NCBI GenBank assembly: GCA_003971905.1
Contig: RSEE01000047.1
Location: 310,001 to 374,000 of the forward strand
DNA length: 64,000 nucleotides
Direction: 5' to 3'
From: Moniliella sp. 'wahieum'
Lineage: Eukaryota
The notes under the pieces were generated by a model, which saw nothing but the letters and a program-made list of their open reading frames with translations, made no database searches and was not told the DNA's origin. The position numbers and the translations under genes are program-made. Within the stretch, counting starts at the first letter, position 1; every line of letters starts with the position of its first letter. Positions 38,466-51,133 of this stretch are shown here, piece by piece.

Positions 38466-40647
38466 ATGCTCGCCTGGCTGACTCGGCCATTCCGGCGGGA
38501 ACCAAGTACGCAGTACCGGCCCATCGCGTCCGCGGATGATGATCTGCCGCCCCGGCCAGCCTCGGTGCCCCCCTCTGAATCGGGGAGCAGCAGCGACCTG
38601 GAGGCCTCGGAACGGGCCCTCTCCATCTCCAGTGCCGAAGAGGAGGATCTGGACGTACCAGAGACGCCGTTACCCAAGACGGCGTTGACGATACTGCTGT
38701 TGATGCGCATGTCGGAGCCCATTGCCCAGCTGCAAATTTTCCCTTACATTGCTCAGTTTCTCCAGCACGTCCTTCCTACCATTCCGCACGAGGAGCTAGG
38801 GTACTATGCCGGTCTCATCGAAAGCGCCTTTGCCGCGGCCCAGGTCTGCGTCGTACTGTTCTGGGGCCGATTGAGCGACCAGTATGGCCGGAAACCCATT
38901 CTCCTCATCGGTCTCTCGGGCACGTTCGTCTCAGTCGTCTGTTTTGGTATGGGCACCTCCTTGCCATCGCTCATCGCGGCCCGACTGATTGCTGGATTTA
39001 GCAATGGAAACGTTGGTGTTCTCAAGGCCAGCATTGCTGAAATTACCGACTCGTACGTCTTCCTCTGTGCAGTGGGTTTGTGTGCTGACATGGTTTCGCC
39101 TCTAGCACCAACCAAGCCCGGGCATTCGCCTTTGTCCCACTCTCGTATGCGATTGGCACGTTGATTGGTCCCTATTTGGGGGCCAATTTGGCTGACCCCT
39201 ACAATGTATTGGACAAGGAGGGCAACTACCTCCCAGGGAACGAGCACGACCCTCGCTTCTTTGCCCGGTACCCTTTCGCTCTCCCTTGCTTTGTCACTTC
39301 GCTCTTTAACCTTGCCGCCATTCTTCTGGGGACCTTCTTCCTCCAGGAGACCCTGGGCACCGAGCCCCCTGGCTCGCAGCCCGACAAGCCATCCAACCCT
39401 TCGTCAACGAACCCAATCCCAGGCCAGAACCAAGGACAGAGCTACGGCACAATGTCTCCCCCGGCTCCCCGTTCTTCTCTCCACCCGCATCTCGAAGGCA
39501 TGCCAAGTAGCCTGGCATCCGAGGCGGAGGCGCAGCAGTGGAGGCGGAGCGTCCCCTCGGGGCGCACGTCCCCCTCGGAGCGCCAGCGCAGGATCAGTAC
39601 GGAGCGCCGCCTTTCGAGCTTGTACCAGGATGGCGAGCAAAACGAGGGCTCGGCCTTGACTGTGGCCGCGCTGGCTCGGGCGGACCAGTCTCCGCAGTCA
39701 AGGAGACGAAGCAGCGCATGGGACTTGGTCGCTGGCACCCACCGCCAAGTGGGCTCGGACGATCGTGCATTGGCTCCGGCGCTGCATGTGCATAGCCCCG
39801 GTCATTACTTTCACCAGCACCGTTCTTCGAGCAATCTGTCCCATGCACCCTCGGCGCCCTCGGCCGAGGAAATTGAGCATGATCCACCCCATTTGACTCC
39901 TCCTCCTCCCGCAGCTTGATGACCTTTGACATCTTGACTGTCATCTCCTCCCAGGTATGTCTTTCTTCTCTTGTCTGCGTGCCCGAGTCCTACTAATCGA
40001 TCCTGCTACTCGGTTGGGATTGCAAATGCCAGATGCTGCTCAACCTGCTCAACATCTCCTACATGGCCGTGCTGCCTCTGTTTTGCTACACTCGCGTTCA
40101 GCATGGGGGCATCGGCTTCAAGCGCTCTGACATTGGCAACATCCTGGGTGCGACGGGGGCGCTGAGCATCGTGGTCCAACTGGGTCTGCTGCCGAGCTTG
40201 ATGCGGTACTACCGCGGCGCGCTCGGGCTGATTCGTCGCGCCGTTCCGCTGCAAGCGTTGGTGTGGGTTTGTTTCCCGCTGGCGCAGGTGGCTGCGCGTG
40301 TGGCGCAAAGCAAGCACCAGGGGCCGCTCCTGCCCTGGCTTTGCATTGGGGCGATGGTGCTGCTCAAAGTGCTGACCAACACGTCGCTGGTGGCAGCAAC
40401 GGTGCTGATCAACCAAAATGCGCCCTCGCGCGCTGCGTTGGGCGCCATCAACGGCCTCTCGTCCATGTGTGGCTCGTTTAGCCGCACCATTGGCCCCGCG
40501 GCCAGCACTTCGTTGTTTGCCTATTCGGCAGCCCAGGACGCGTCGCTGCTGCGGCGCAACTCGGTGTGGCTCATCCAGATCCTCATCTCGCTCGTCTGCT
40601 TTGGCCTGACGCTGCGCATCCGGCCCGTGGCGCGGCCCCCCGCCTGA
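38466..40647 (+). CDS. Major facilitator superfamily transporter (DHA1/Tet-like) with a long central loop
   Basis: EPIAQLQIFPYI, YYAGLIESAF, MFS motif A WGRLSDQYGRKPILL, ARLIAGFSNGNVGV, LGAINGL..SRTIGP. Introns near 39054-39104 and 39955-40032. Confidence 0.92.
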
Positions 40648-41067
40648 GGCGACGGTCCTCCCGGCCACCAGGGGCTGGACGCGCCTGCTCCTCCCCTCTA
40701 TGGAATGGTGCTTGGCTGGATGCTGCTTGATGTTAAGGGGGGCAGGCCGTAATGGATGTGATGGGTGGTCGGTGGGTGGCGGCGTGGTGCATGACAGGGG
40801 AGGGCAGGGGGCAGTGCCGAGGGGAGCGAGCAGCGGGAGGGGCGGTGCTAGGCTGGGCTGCGTGCGTGAATGCGGGGCGAGTGTGATGAATGGCGGCAGA
40901 AACTGAAAGCAGGAACTGAAAGCAGAAACGCAACACTGCCCCTGTGCCCGGCGCAGCAGCTGCCCAGCCAGTCTACGTGCCTGATTGCCGCGCCAGGCCC
41001 TCGCCAACACCACCTCCTTCTCCTCCCGGGCGCCGCTGTGCTGTTCTCTGCGCCATCGCCACCCCCC

Positions 41068-42485
41068 ATGTTCGTCGCCTCGACGCTCTACTCGCTGGGT
41101 ATGTGCCTCCCCGCCACCCGTCTCCGCGCCCCCCTCCTGACCCCTTCCCAGCGCGCGGCGTGGCCACCGGCCCCGATGATCGCGACGCCCGCGCCGACAA
41201 TGTGCGTGTCAAGCGCAGCCAACGCAAGTCGGCCCCGCGCACCGCCACGGCCACCACCCCCGATGCCTACCTGGACCCCGAGCCAGGCTCCCCCCCTCCA
41301 CCTTACGAGGACATCAACCTCACCGAGGCCGAGCGCGTCGCTCAGAACATCCGCCGCGCCAAGGTGGCGATGATTGATGATCTTCTCCAGGAGGAGGATC
41401 TGTACAAGCTGCTTGGTGTCAATCGCACCGCCAAGATCGAGGAGATCCGACGCGGGTTTCTCATGCGCAGCCGCTGCCACCCCGAGTACGTTTGGCCCCT
41501 CGCTTTGTCCATTTTCTACCACCCTAAGGTCTAACTAACCCCATTTCCGTCTCGCCCGTGTGCAGCAAATTGCCCGATTATCCTCCTACCACACTTGCCT
41601 TTCAACGCATCTCGCTTGCGTACGAAACGCTATCCAAGCCCACCACTCGGCGCATGTACGATGTAAGTGGCCGGAGCGACATCAGCACCACCCGGCCGCC
41701 ACCTCGTTTGACGAGGGCATCAATGACGAGACGCTCAACGGTGTGCTGTACAATGTCTTTCCGAGTTTATGGATGGGGACTTTGAGATGATCCGGGTGAT
41801 GATCAGTGCGCTCAACGAGGCCAACCCTGGCCTCGAATTGGGGGAAGATGCAGTGCAAAACTTTGAGGGCATGTTCAAACGCATTCGTGCCGTTGTTCTT
41901 GCTGGACAAAAGTATTTCCGCATCATCCGGTTCGAACTGATCCGCCTCTACGAGACGCAACATGCGCTACGCCAGTTGTCGTACTTTGACGTGTTTGGAC
42001 GCTTGCGTCTTACGCTCCAACTTGCCCGTGTCACGCTCAGCATCCCCATGGCCATTGATGCCGTGATGGTCAGCAACCCCGAGGAGGAGGGGGAGTCGCC
42101 AGAAACGGAGCCGAGTACCAGCAACGCAGACAACCCCGATCCCTCTGCTGCGCCGGATACCGAGTCGAGCGAGGACGAGCAGCCGAGTCCGGAGATGGCA
42201 TTTGGCTTGGCGGACGATGTACACGAAACAGCGGCGGCAGGAAAGAAAGGCGCGACACAGGGCAGCCAAAGCTGCCCGCGCAGCACGCAAGGAACAGCGC
42301 AAGAAACAAACCCCGCACGGCCACATTCCTCAAACCTCTGCACCCCGTACCCCCGAGGCCTGGGGGCTGCTCGGCCCCGCTGGACGAGGCTTGCTGGGAG
42401 GTATCGTGGCGGCCCTCGAGACGTCCGAGAGCTGGGTCCCTGGATCCAGCGGGACAACGGCACCCGAGTACACCTAATTCCCTAA
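41068..42485 (+). CDS. DnaJ (J-domain) family protein
   Basis: DLYKLLGVNRTAKIEEIRRGF; HPD rebuilt across intron 41486-41565 (CAC CCC GA|C); AFQRISLAYETLS..RRMYD. Start and C-terminus uncertain because of indels. Confidence 0.82.
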
Positions 42486-43619
42486 CACGCGCCATGGTGG
42501 GAGTACGTCTGGTCAAGATGGCTCCCTCTTTCCTATCCTTGTTTTACGTTCTATGCTACCCTCTTTCCCTCCGCCACGCCTGCACGTCCATTGTTTGGCG
42601 TCTATGTCCGGATACGGCTGACACTTCCTCTTTTGAGGATGGGTTTGGCCGGGATGCTGTATACCCCTTTATATGTTCCCCTGTTGCTTTGCTTCAATAC
42701 CTTGCTGTTTCCGGCTCCACTATGGTTTTGTCATGGTGGCCCACGCTTGTATTTATGACCCCGTCATTCGGCTGTGTTCTTGCTGCACTTAGTTGTTTGC
42801 TTGCCGGTGCAGATGATTCCCACTGCGAGGGTTGTGTACTTCTGTTTAAAGAGTGGGCTGAGTGTGGTTTGGCTCTCCTCAACGAGGAAAGAAGGTGGAA
42901 AAGGGGAAGATACTATAGAGCTGGGTCGCCTTTGCAGTAAAGGCAAAAAGACAAAACGGTAACCGGCAACCGTGGGCCCGCCTTGTAGTATGATATGTCA
43001 CTGTGAAAGAGGGACCCAACACGCATCATTCAACAGGCTTCAGCCTCAGGCCCTCAGGCCCTAGAACAACTCGCATGTGGCCGGCCGCTCTGCGACGCGC
43101 TTCCTTATTTCGGCTTTTCCGCTTTTTGCCACACACCGGTACCTTTTTCCTGAGACTTGCGCATATCTCTTCTCTTCAAGCTTCAAGCTTCACCGCGGCT
43201 CACCTTACACGGATCCCCGTCCTATACCCTATCTTCTCTGTACAAGTGTGGCTGTATCAAAACGTCAGTACACACTCTGAAGTGAAACCGAGACCACAGC
43301 AGTATCTGCCCCTTTTCCATCAACAGACTCATCGACGTTCAGGCACAGTCTGCCGAAGTGAGGGTGGTCGCAATCGGGGTGTGGTGAGTGCCTGCGCAGA
43401 CGTTGAACGTCCGCTACAACTTGGCCTTGCTTATCCATTCAACGTTTAACGTTCCACAGTTCCCTTGCACTTCGACAGAACGTGTGGTGCATCTACTTGC
43501 TGCTTTCTTCCTGTAGGCATCCTCTCGCGCTTTCACACGCACTTACTGACACTACCGGAACAATAAAGACCGGAAGCACGCACCAATGCTCAGCGCTCAC
43601 CTCGCCCATCTTATCGTTG

Positions 43620-44590
43620 GACCTCCAGGCTTCACGCTTCAAGCTTCAATAAGCTTCAAGCTTCAACAGCTTCAACGTTCAAACGTTCAGCCCTTTTGCC
43701 CGTTGAAGTTGAAGTTCAACGTTCACCTTTTCTCTTTTGAGAACGACAGAGAACGACAGGGAGCGACAGGGAGCCGCTCGATAGAGACATAGTTGGTGGC
43801 ACCGTTTGGCGCCACATCCGTCACGTTTGTCACATGTCACATGCGCCATGGTGCAAAAGCTCATTGTAATACCAAGGAGTTCTTGACCTGGGGGTGGCAC
43901 AGCAGGCAAAGCAGGCCACGGCAGGCCACGGCCTGCTACAGCTTACAGCGATCATCGATCACTTGGAGCATGGGATGGGCGGAGCCTGGCGGAGCACGCC
44001 AAGTGGCTAGATTAGAGAGCATGTGGATTCCCGCCATCACATCATGTCACAGACGTCCCGGCGGCAGCCACTCACTGCGACAAAGTGCCTCTAACTAGTA
44101 ACTGACAGCGTGTTATGTGGGTGCCAGTCGTACGTCCGGGGCCGTAACGCGTAACGCGTAACCACTTCTATGTCAATCGCATCGCTTCCATCCCATGAGC
44201 ACATGGGCGCCTGAGTGCCTGAGCCTGAGTCGAAGGTATATGATGCAATGGATGACACTAAGGATAGAGTCTCAGCGGGAGCTTAGCGCTTAGGGGCGGC
44301 AGACGGTGGCTCAGCCGCTCACAGACTCAAATGTAAGCCGTTGTATAGTGGGTCTGGCGCCAGTGCCCACCGGCCAAATCCCGCTCATCTGCAGTTATGT
44401 GTCACGTCGAGAATCTGCACCCTGTACTACGTTTTTCCCGTCCGTAACGTGTTACTAGCAGGTGCTCGGTTTGAGAAGTTGGGGCCTCATCATCTCAATG
44501 GGTGAGATCAATGAGTTCTGAGTGTTCTGAGACGAGAAGCTAGAGGCCTTGCAGCTTGAAGCTTGAAGAGCTGAAGCTAGCTTGAATCGA
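43620..44590. repeat. Palindromic heptamer repeats (AAGCTTC, AACGTTC, TGTCACA, GTAACGC, AAGCTTG)
   Basis: CTTCAAGCTTCAATAAGCTTCAAGCTTCAA.. (about 43637), GTCACATGTCACATG (43829), GTAACGCGTAACGCGTAAC (44144), AGCTTGAAGCTTGAAG (44553). Confidence 0.85.
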
Positions 44591-44914
44591 AGTCCTACAC
44601 TTGCACACGGCCTATACGGCATGGGGGTCACTGGGGTCACCAGTCACCGTCGGTCACCTTACTATGCCCACGTCACATATGTCAGCATTCTCGGGGCGCT
44701 CATGCACACAGGCCTGGGCCCCAGGCCCCAGGCCTCACCATGGTGAAAGAGAGGTGGAGGTTGAAGAAGTTGCCCGGGTGGCTGGCACGCGTGGGTGCGT
44801 GAGCGAGGAGAACGCGATGCACCTATCCTGAGCTATAAAGCCCTCTCCTTTTGACGTTTGTCAGCACCTTTCTTCTTTCCTGTTACCACCACTTTAGTCT
44901 TGACTTTCATCGCC

Positions 44915-45764
44915 ATGTCCATTCCCGACTACATGACCGATCCGGATGCCGTCCTGAAGGACAATGTTACCTGGCGCCACAAGATGGCGCCCAGCTACAA
45001 GAAGACGCGCGAGTTTGCTAACGAGAGTATGTTGACGAGACGACCCATTCTATCCTTCACATCTGCATGCTTTCTCATCGCTCTTTTCTGACCTTCTGGA
45101 TTGTGTACACAGCAAAGACCACCAACTGGGAAGCTGGCTCGCTTCCTGACCTTGTTTCCAACCTTGTCAAGAACTGGGAAATTGAGGCTAGCTTTAAGCC
45201 CCAACCTGGAGGACTGGCGCACGATCGATCAGAGCAACTACACGTTTAGTTTGAACGGAGGTCCAGAACAACGGGGCACGACATCTCGGGTGGGGACGTA
45301 CAATGCTCTGCTGGGCAACAGCCAGTTCTCAGCCCCCGAGAACAACGACTTGAAGCGTCGAACAAGACGTTCAAGCGAGGATGATGCCTACGTTTGCGTG
45401 GGAAGTGCTGGAAGTCTACTCCGGCCCGCCCACTGTGGCAGCCAAGTGGAGGCATTGGGGTGTGATGAAGAACGACTATACCGGCCGCAACGACAAGGGG
45501 GAGATGGTGCGGGTCAAGGCGCACGGAGGCACGCTGAGCATTGAGGGCATCGTGGTGGCCAAGGTGAACGACAAGTTCCAGCTCGAGAGCATCGACATTT
45601 GGTACGACCCCATGGCCATCTTCCACGAGATCGCGCGCGAGGCAGGCGAGCGCGGGGTCGAGATTGAGCCTTTGCACGGCGAGGCGGCAGCACAGGCGGC
45701 CATCAACCCTCACACGGGTGCTGCCTCGCAGACCGGCGGGGCGTGTCCGTTCGCTCACCAGTAA
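44915..45764 (+). CDS. Pathogen-related protein family (SnoaL/NTF2-like fold)
   Basis: PDYMTDPDAVLKD..WR, SL..LV.NLVKNWEIEASFK, DWRTID, GTYNAL, FAWEVLEVYSGPP.V..KWRHWG. TATAAA at about 44835; intron near 45028-45112. Confidence 0.85.
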
Positions 45765-46252
45765 GGCTGCAGCTGTTCCTTCGTAATTGTTTCCTTCCCT
45801 ATATTAGTCGCAGTGAACATATATTCGATCAGTCCTGGGCCGTGTCTCAACCTGTCCGCATTGATGGTCCGGACAAGCAAGCACAATCTTCTCCAACGGG
45901 GTCGGACAGTTGTGTTAGCGGTGGAAGTGGGTGAACAGAGTATTCTACTACCATCCATGTATCTGTTGGCGCTAACTAGCCCCTCCGCCCAATATATCTG
46001 TGCAGACATCGAAGAGACCAAGCGGCGGTTAGGCCTTTTTGTTTTTCGCCGCACGCGTCACGAGCGATGATCATCGATCATCACTGGCAGCTTGAAGACA
46101 CACCAGAAGAAACACTTTTGGCTGCCTGAATATTGAATTGATTTCAACGTTCAACGTTCAACCCTCGCCGGCGGATCCCTAGGCCGACCCTAGGACAGAC
46201 CTTTGAAACGCCGTCCCCCCTCACCACCATCAACCCCCACATCGACGCCGCC

Positions 46253-47359
46253 ATGGCAGCACCAACGTCGCTTGCCACGTGCTTCAGGTTACCAACGCTC
46301 AGGACCAGTGCCTTATTTTCGCCCGGGCGTCGCATGTTGGGCTCCAGCGCCCGCGTCTGCGCGCATGACAACCCGCTCGGTCTCCCTCGCAACACTGATC
46401 CGCCTGCCTTCCCGCGCCGAAGAGGCCCCGAGAAGCGCCGCATTCCACACGCCCGCTACGTCGTCGTTGTCTCCTCTGGAAAGGGGGGCGTGGGAAAGTC
46501 CACTGTGGCGGCCAACTTGGCCGTGGCCTTATCCCTCTCCACCCCCGGAGGGCCAGCGCTTGGCCCCCTCCCCCCTGCTGGGCAGCGGCCTCGAGTGGGA
46601 CTGCTCGACTTGGACGTGTTTGGTCCCTCGGTACCTAGGCTACTGGGGCTCAAGGACGCACCAGAGCCGGATTTGACACCGGCTGGGGCACTGGTGCCAC
46701 TCAAGAGCCACGGGCTGAAAGCCATGTCGCTTGGGTTCCTGCTGCCTCCCTCCTCGGCGCTGCCGGGGGGTGGACAGAGCGTGGGAAACGAAGACACGCC
46801 AGTGGTTTGGCGAGGGATGATGGTAATGAAGGCCGTGCAGCAACTGCTGTTTGACGTGGACTGGCGTGGACCCGAGTCGCTTTCTTTGCCCGCCGATGTT
46901 TCGGCACCAGGGGTGGACGTGTTGGTGATCGATATGCCACCTGGGACCGGGGATGTGGCCTTATCCCTGGTGCAGTTGGCCGAAGTCGACGCCAGCGTTG
47001 TTGTCTCGACTCCGCAAGAGGTGGCTCTTGCTGACGCGCGCAAAGGCCTGGCCCTGTTCCGGAAAACAGGCGTGCCTGACCCGGGGCTGCTGCTCAACAT
47101 GGCCCACCTCGTCCTGCCCGATGGCACCAAGAGTGAAATCTTTGGTTCGGCGGCCAAGTTTGACGAGCTGGCTGCCCAGCTGGGTGCACCCGTGCTGGGC
47201 CGAATCCCTATTGACCCCCAACTCAGTCCTGCAGCCGATCAAGGCCGGCCCGCTTCGTTGGACCTTCTGCATCCTACAACGGCGGGTGTGACGGCGCAAG
47301 CGTTTGCACATGTAGCACAGGATGTATGGCAGCTCCTGTTGAAGCCCAAGAAGGTGTGA
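46253..47359 (+). CDS. IND1: Mitochondrial Mrp/NBP35-family P-loop NTPase (Ind1/NUBPL, complex I assembly factor)
   Basis: Presequence, HDNPLGLP, SSGKGGVGKSTVAANLA, LDLDVFGPSVP, VVWRGMMVMKAVQQLLFDVDW, DMPPGTGDV, VVSTPQEVAL. Uninterrupted 368-aa ORF. Confidence 0.9.
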   Translation: MAAPTSLATCFRLPTLRTSALFSPGRRMLGSSARVCAHDNPLGLPRNTDPPAFPRRRGPEKRRIPHARYVVVVSSGKGGVGKSTVAANLAVALSLSTPGGPALGPLPPAGQRPRVGLLDLDVFGPSVPRLLGLKDAPEPDLTPAGALVPLKSHGLKAMSLGFLLPPSSALPGGGQSVGNEDTPVVWRGMMVMKAVQQLLFDVDWRGPESLSLPADVSAPGVDVLVIDMPPGTGDVALSLVQLAEVDASVVVSTPQEVALADARKGLALFRKTGVPDPGLLLNMAHLVLPDGTKSEIFGSAAKFDELAAQLGAPVLGRIPIDPQLSPAADQGRPASLDLLHPTTAGVTAQAFAHVAQDVWQLLLKPKKV

Positions 47360-47379
47360 GTGGCACTCTTCCATCCTTT

Positions 47380-49182
47380 TCACGCCCACGCATCCAGATC
47401 AGCACCCCAATGTCCTCCGTCTTGCCCTTGCGGCGAAAGGAAGGGTTATAGTCCCCCCATACGCCGCGTGCAATGCGGGCAGTGACCAGTTCTGCAATCG
47501 CCAGGCTGGACGTCAATCCCGGACTCTCAATCCCCAAAAGACTCACCAATGCCCCTGCTCCGGCATGATTGTGGGCGGCTGCATCAGGGGCGGGGCCCGA
47601 AGTAGGCCCGGGCTGGGAGGTGGGCAAGGTGAATTGCCACAGGGGCTGGTCCTGCAGTCCTCGGGCAGCATGGAACAAGGGAAGGAAATCGACAAAGCCT
47701 GCCTCGCCCTGGGCAGGAGCTGAAGGTGGACCAATCAGTTTGGGTCGGATCCCCCCATAGGCCGGTGCCAGCTCTTGGGTAGCCAATGCAGGCAAATACA
47801 GATGGACATCTTCGCCCATCTGCTTGAGTCGGTCGCTCCCTTCGGCGAGGGGAGCAAGGTGGTCGGTCCAGTAGTCTGCCGCTTCGTCCCCCTCCTTGGG
47901 AGGGGAAAGCCATTCGCTGTCAGGGCCAAACCGAATGTTGCCTTGCATCAAGAGTGGGTGGGCTGCAGTGCGAGCGTCAGCAGTCTGGTCAAGCAAGCGC
48001 AGAGGGAACAGGGGATAGACGTACTGCCCAACGATTGGTGGGAATACTTAGCCGCGCCCTCGGCCGTGGAACCTCCAAAGTTGGGCGTGGGGTAGATCAA
48101 GTGCTTGACTTGACCCCACACCTGCCGAACGAGGATAAGAAGTATAGTTTCCCTTGCAGTGCCACGCGGGTAGGTGCCCTTGTTCATTCAAGCGAATCAA
48201 TCGTGCTCCGGATTTAGTCACTGCCGTCACTTCCCCAGGCAGGGTCGGGTTGGGTCCGGTACCCGAGCGCAGCAGCTGGTTCATCAGCAGGGGAGCATCG
48301 AGCCCCGCAGCATTGATCACCACCTTGGCCATGAGGACGTCAGCGGGAACACCTTCGGCCGCGGCTTCCTCCACGCTTCCTGTGGTCTGCAAGGCAAACC
48401 CATTTCCATTGGTCCCGTCGCTGTGAGCACGAATATCCACCACGCGAGTCCCAAGCACGAGTTCTGCGTTCTCCGCCGCGTCCAGTTGGTCCACTAGCGT
48501 TTGCATGTACGTGTGGCTGTCGATAATCCCCGTTTGGGGTGACAGGATGGCTGCGGTAATTTCGGCGCTGAGATCAGGTTCCAACTCCCGCGCTTGGTCT
48601 CCCGACAACTTCTCGAGCGGTGCGGGGACAAGGGGGACAAAAGTGTTAGATGCCTTGCTTTGGGGGGTTGGAGGGCCATAGTAGGGTGGGACCAAGAGAT
48701 CTAAGCCCACCGGCAAAGAAGTTACATGGGCCAGCATGCGATCAAAATATGCCGGTTCGGTACCGACCACAAGTTTGCCAACTTTTTGGATGGGAACCTG
48801 GTGCTGCTCACAGAATCGGTAGAGCAGCTCCCGCCCGCGCAGACACAGCGCCGTCTTGTACGATGCGGGGGGGTAGTACAGCCCCGCATGCACCACCTCC
48901 GAGTTGCGGCTGCTGGTTTCCATGCCAACGTGGGCGTGACGCTCAAGGACATACGTACTCTTGGAGGGAAAACGAGCAGCCAACGCTGCACCTACTGCCA
49001 GGCCCACGCGCCACCACCGACCACGACATGGTCCACAGCCACTTGCTCGCCCGAGCGGAACTGGCCCGCGTACGGAAGCCCCGCGTACACGGGCGGGGCA
49101 CTGTCAAGAGGCGAGAGGAGGTGTGCAGACTCCGGATGCACTGAAGCAATCGTCGTGGATCGCCGCGGCGGGCGAGCAGCAT
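47380..49182 (-). CDS. L-2-hydroxyglutarate dehydrogenase-like FAD oxidoreductase (DAO family), mitochondrial
   Basis: DHVVVGGG..GLA, ETSSRNSEVVHAGLYYP..S.K..LC.RG, SPQTGIIDSH, VINAAGL, KGNY, GNIRFGPD, YGGIRPKL, LLGIESPGLTSSLAIAE. Probable end DLDAWA* at 47380. Several indels. Confidence 0.88.
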
Positions 49183-49711
49183 GGCGGGGATGGTGGAGCT
49201 GAGGAGGTAGAGGTCTCCGCCTGAGAAATGAGGAATGAGGCGGGTCAGTGCGGCTCGGCCAGCTCAACATTTCAGTGGAGCACAATCTGGGGTAAACCCA
49301 CCGGGGCTGCACCGGCCGATTTGGGCAGCTGTGATATGTGAGCAGGGGGAAACCCGTCCATCGTGCCTCAGGCTGAGGCCAAGCCCATCCAACCTCAGCA
49401 GCTGCTGATAACCAACTTCCCCATCCAGGGAATCCGCGTTCTCAAGATTGCCCTAGATTGAGAGGAACGCATACCCCATTCAGTCATACAAACACACATC
49501 ATATCAATGTGCTCTGCAGCCAATACCCAAGATGGTCGCGATGATGGAAACGACTCATCTTTTCCTTTCTAAAAGCAAGACACCTTTTCCATTCTCCCTT
49601 GCACGCAGACAAAGTACAGTACACGGGGATGGATTCGAAACGGAACCAAACGAAAATTGCTCTCATGTTGTTCAATTGTATTATGGCGCGTAATTTCGTT
49701 CCGGGCTGGTG

Positions 49712-50889
49712 TCATCGCAATTCTGGGAGCGTCCGGCTTTTCGACTGCGGCGACGCATCGGAGGAAGCGTAGCTGGTATCGGAGGGCGCAGGTGACGGTG
49801 GTCTCTGCGGAGAAGCCGAAGGGAGGGGGGGGACAGGGTGTGAGGGGCGAGAAGAGTGGCCTTTGCGGCGCTGGGATCCATTGCTCTTGGTGGAGGTGGT
49901 GGAGGGGGTGCGGATGTGTTGATGTTGCGTGTGGGTATGGGAATGATGACGATGCCCCGAGGGCGTCGCATGCTTTGCTTTGGGCACCGCCGATTTTCCA
50001 GTCTGTGCCGACCCAGCCTCGGCAGGTTTCCAAATCTCTTTGCGCCACCACCCCCACCCGGCGCCAGTGTAGAGCCAAAAGCGCCAGCCAGCGGACCGGC
50101 GCGCCTCCAGCCGTTCGGATCTGCGACGCTCAAACGCTGCCCGGTACCGCTCGTAACCTTGCCGGAACTTGACTGGCACGCGTGAGGAGAAAATGAGTTC
50201 TCCTCGCGGGTTGGTAGAGGGGGGGATGCCGGACAAGGCATGTCGTCTGCTGGCACCCCCGGCCGATCCAGCGGAGCCCGTTGATGCCAATGAAGAAGCC
50301 GAAGGGGAACGGGGCAAAGTCAGTGTGGAGGATGATCTTTCCTTTGGCTTTTTTTCTCCGCCAGGAGTAGGGGAAGCAAATGGGAAGAAGAAGCGGGAAA
50401 TAATGCCACGCTGGGGAGCGGTGCGCAGGTTGAGATGCATGTTCAGGTTTCGTAATGCGCGGTTAGCCTGTTGGCTGTATCTGTAGGGGAGTAGAACCAG
50501 TTCGTAAGTTCGTAAGCGTGTCCCTGGAGTGAATAGCACGGAACCAACATACCTGTGGGATGCTACGATGCGGTCCGAGTAGAGACCCGAGACAAAGAAG
50601 AGACAGATTGACGTGCCCAAGAACAAGAAGGCGGAGGTAACAAGGTGGTCCAGAAAGACATTGCGGGTGGGGCGAACTGGATGATGTAGGCCAGAGCAAG
50701 GCAGACGGTGATGCTGACTACAAGCAGCGTGCCCCAGCGGCGCTTGCGTTTGCGCAGACGCGAAGCGGACTGTTTGAGGCGCTCCTCAAAGATCAGCAGG
50801 TCGCGGTATGTTGCAGGCTCCGACGGCGGTCCGCGCGCCATGGAGCCGGGGCACTGCGGCGCCCCTTGTCCACCGGCGGCGGCATCCAT
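49712..50889 (-). CDS. SPO7: Spo7, regulatory subunit of the Nem1-Spo7 phosphatase
   Basis: YRDLLIFEERLK, two TM segments, FFVSGLYSDRI, QANRALRNLNMHLN, SSRV...FRQGYERYRAAFERRR. In-frame intron 50481-50552. Confidence 0.8.
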
Positions 50890-51133
50890 CGCTCGGGGGC
50901 TCGAGGCGGAGGTGGGGGTGGAGCGGTGGCAGGGGAATGGCCCCAATCGTCAGGTGGGGGTGGGCCGGTTTTGAAACAGGCAGTTACATAATTTGGTGTC
51001 ACCCCCCCTTATTTTTATTGGGTGCGGCTTCGCTGGTAGGATCGGCTGGGCGCAGCGCATCTCAGATCGCACTTGCGACGGCCGCTACCCCGCTCCCGCC
51101 ACACTCGGCGAGCCGCACACGCCCACCACCCTC

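Noticed and set aside
40881..40920. Box C/D snoRNA-like GTGATGA..CTGA
   Set aside because: Too short, with no terminal stem or recognisable guide sequence.
41470..41495. J-domain with HPE instead of HPD
   Set aside because: An artefact of reading into the intron. Splicing 41486-41565 restores HPD.
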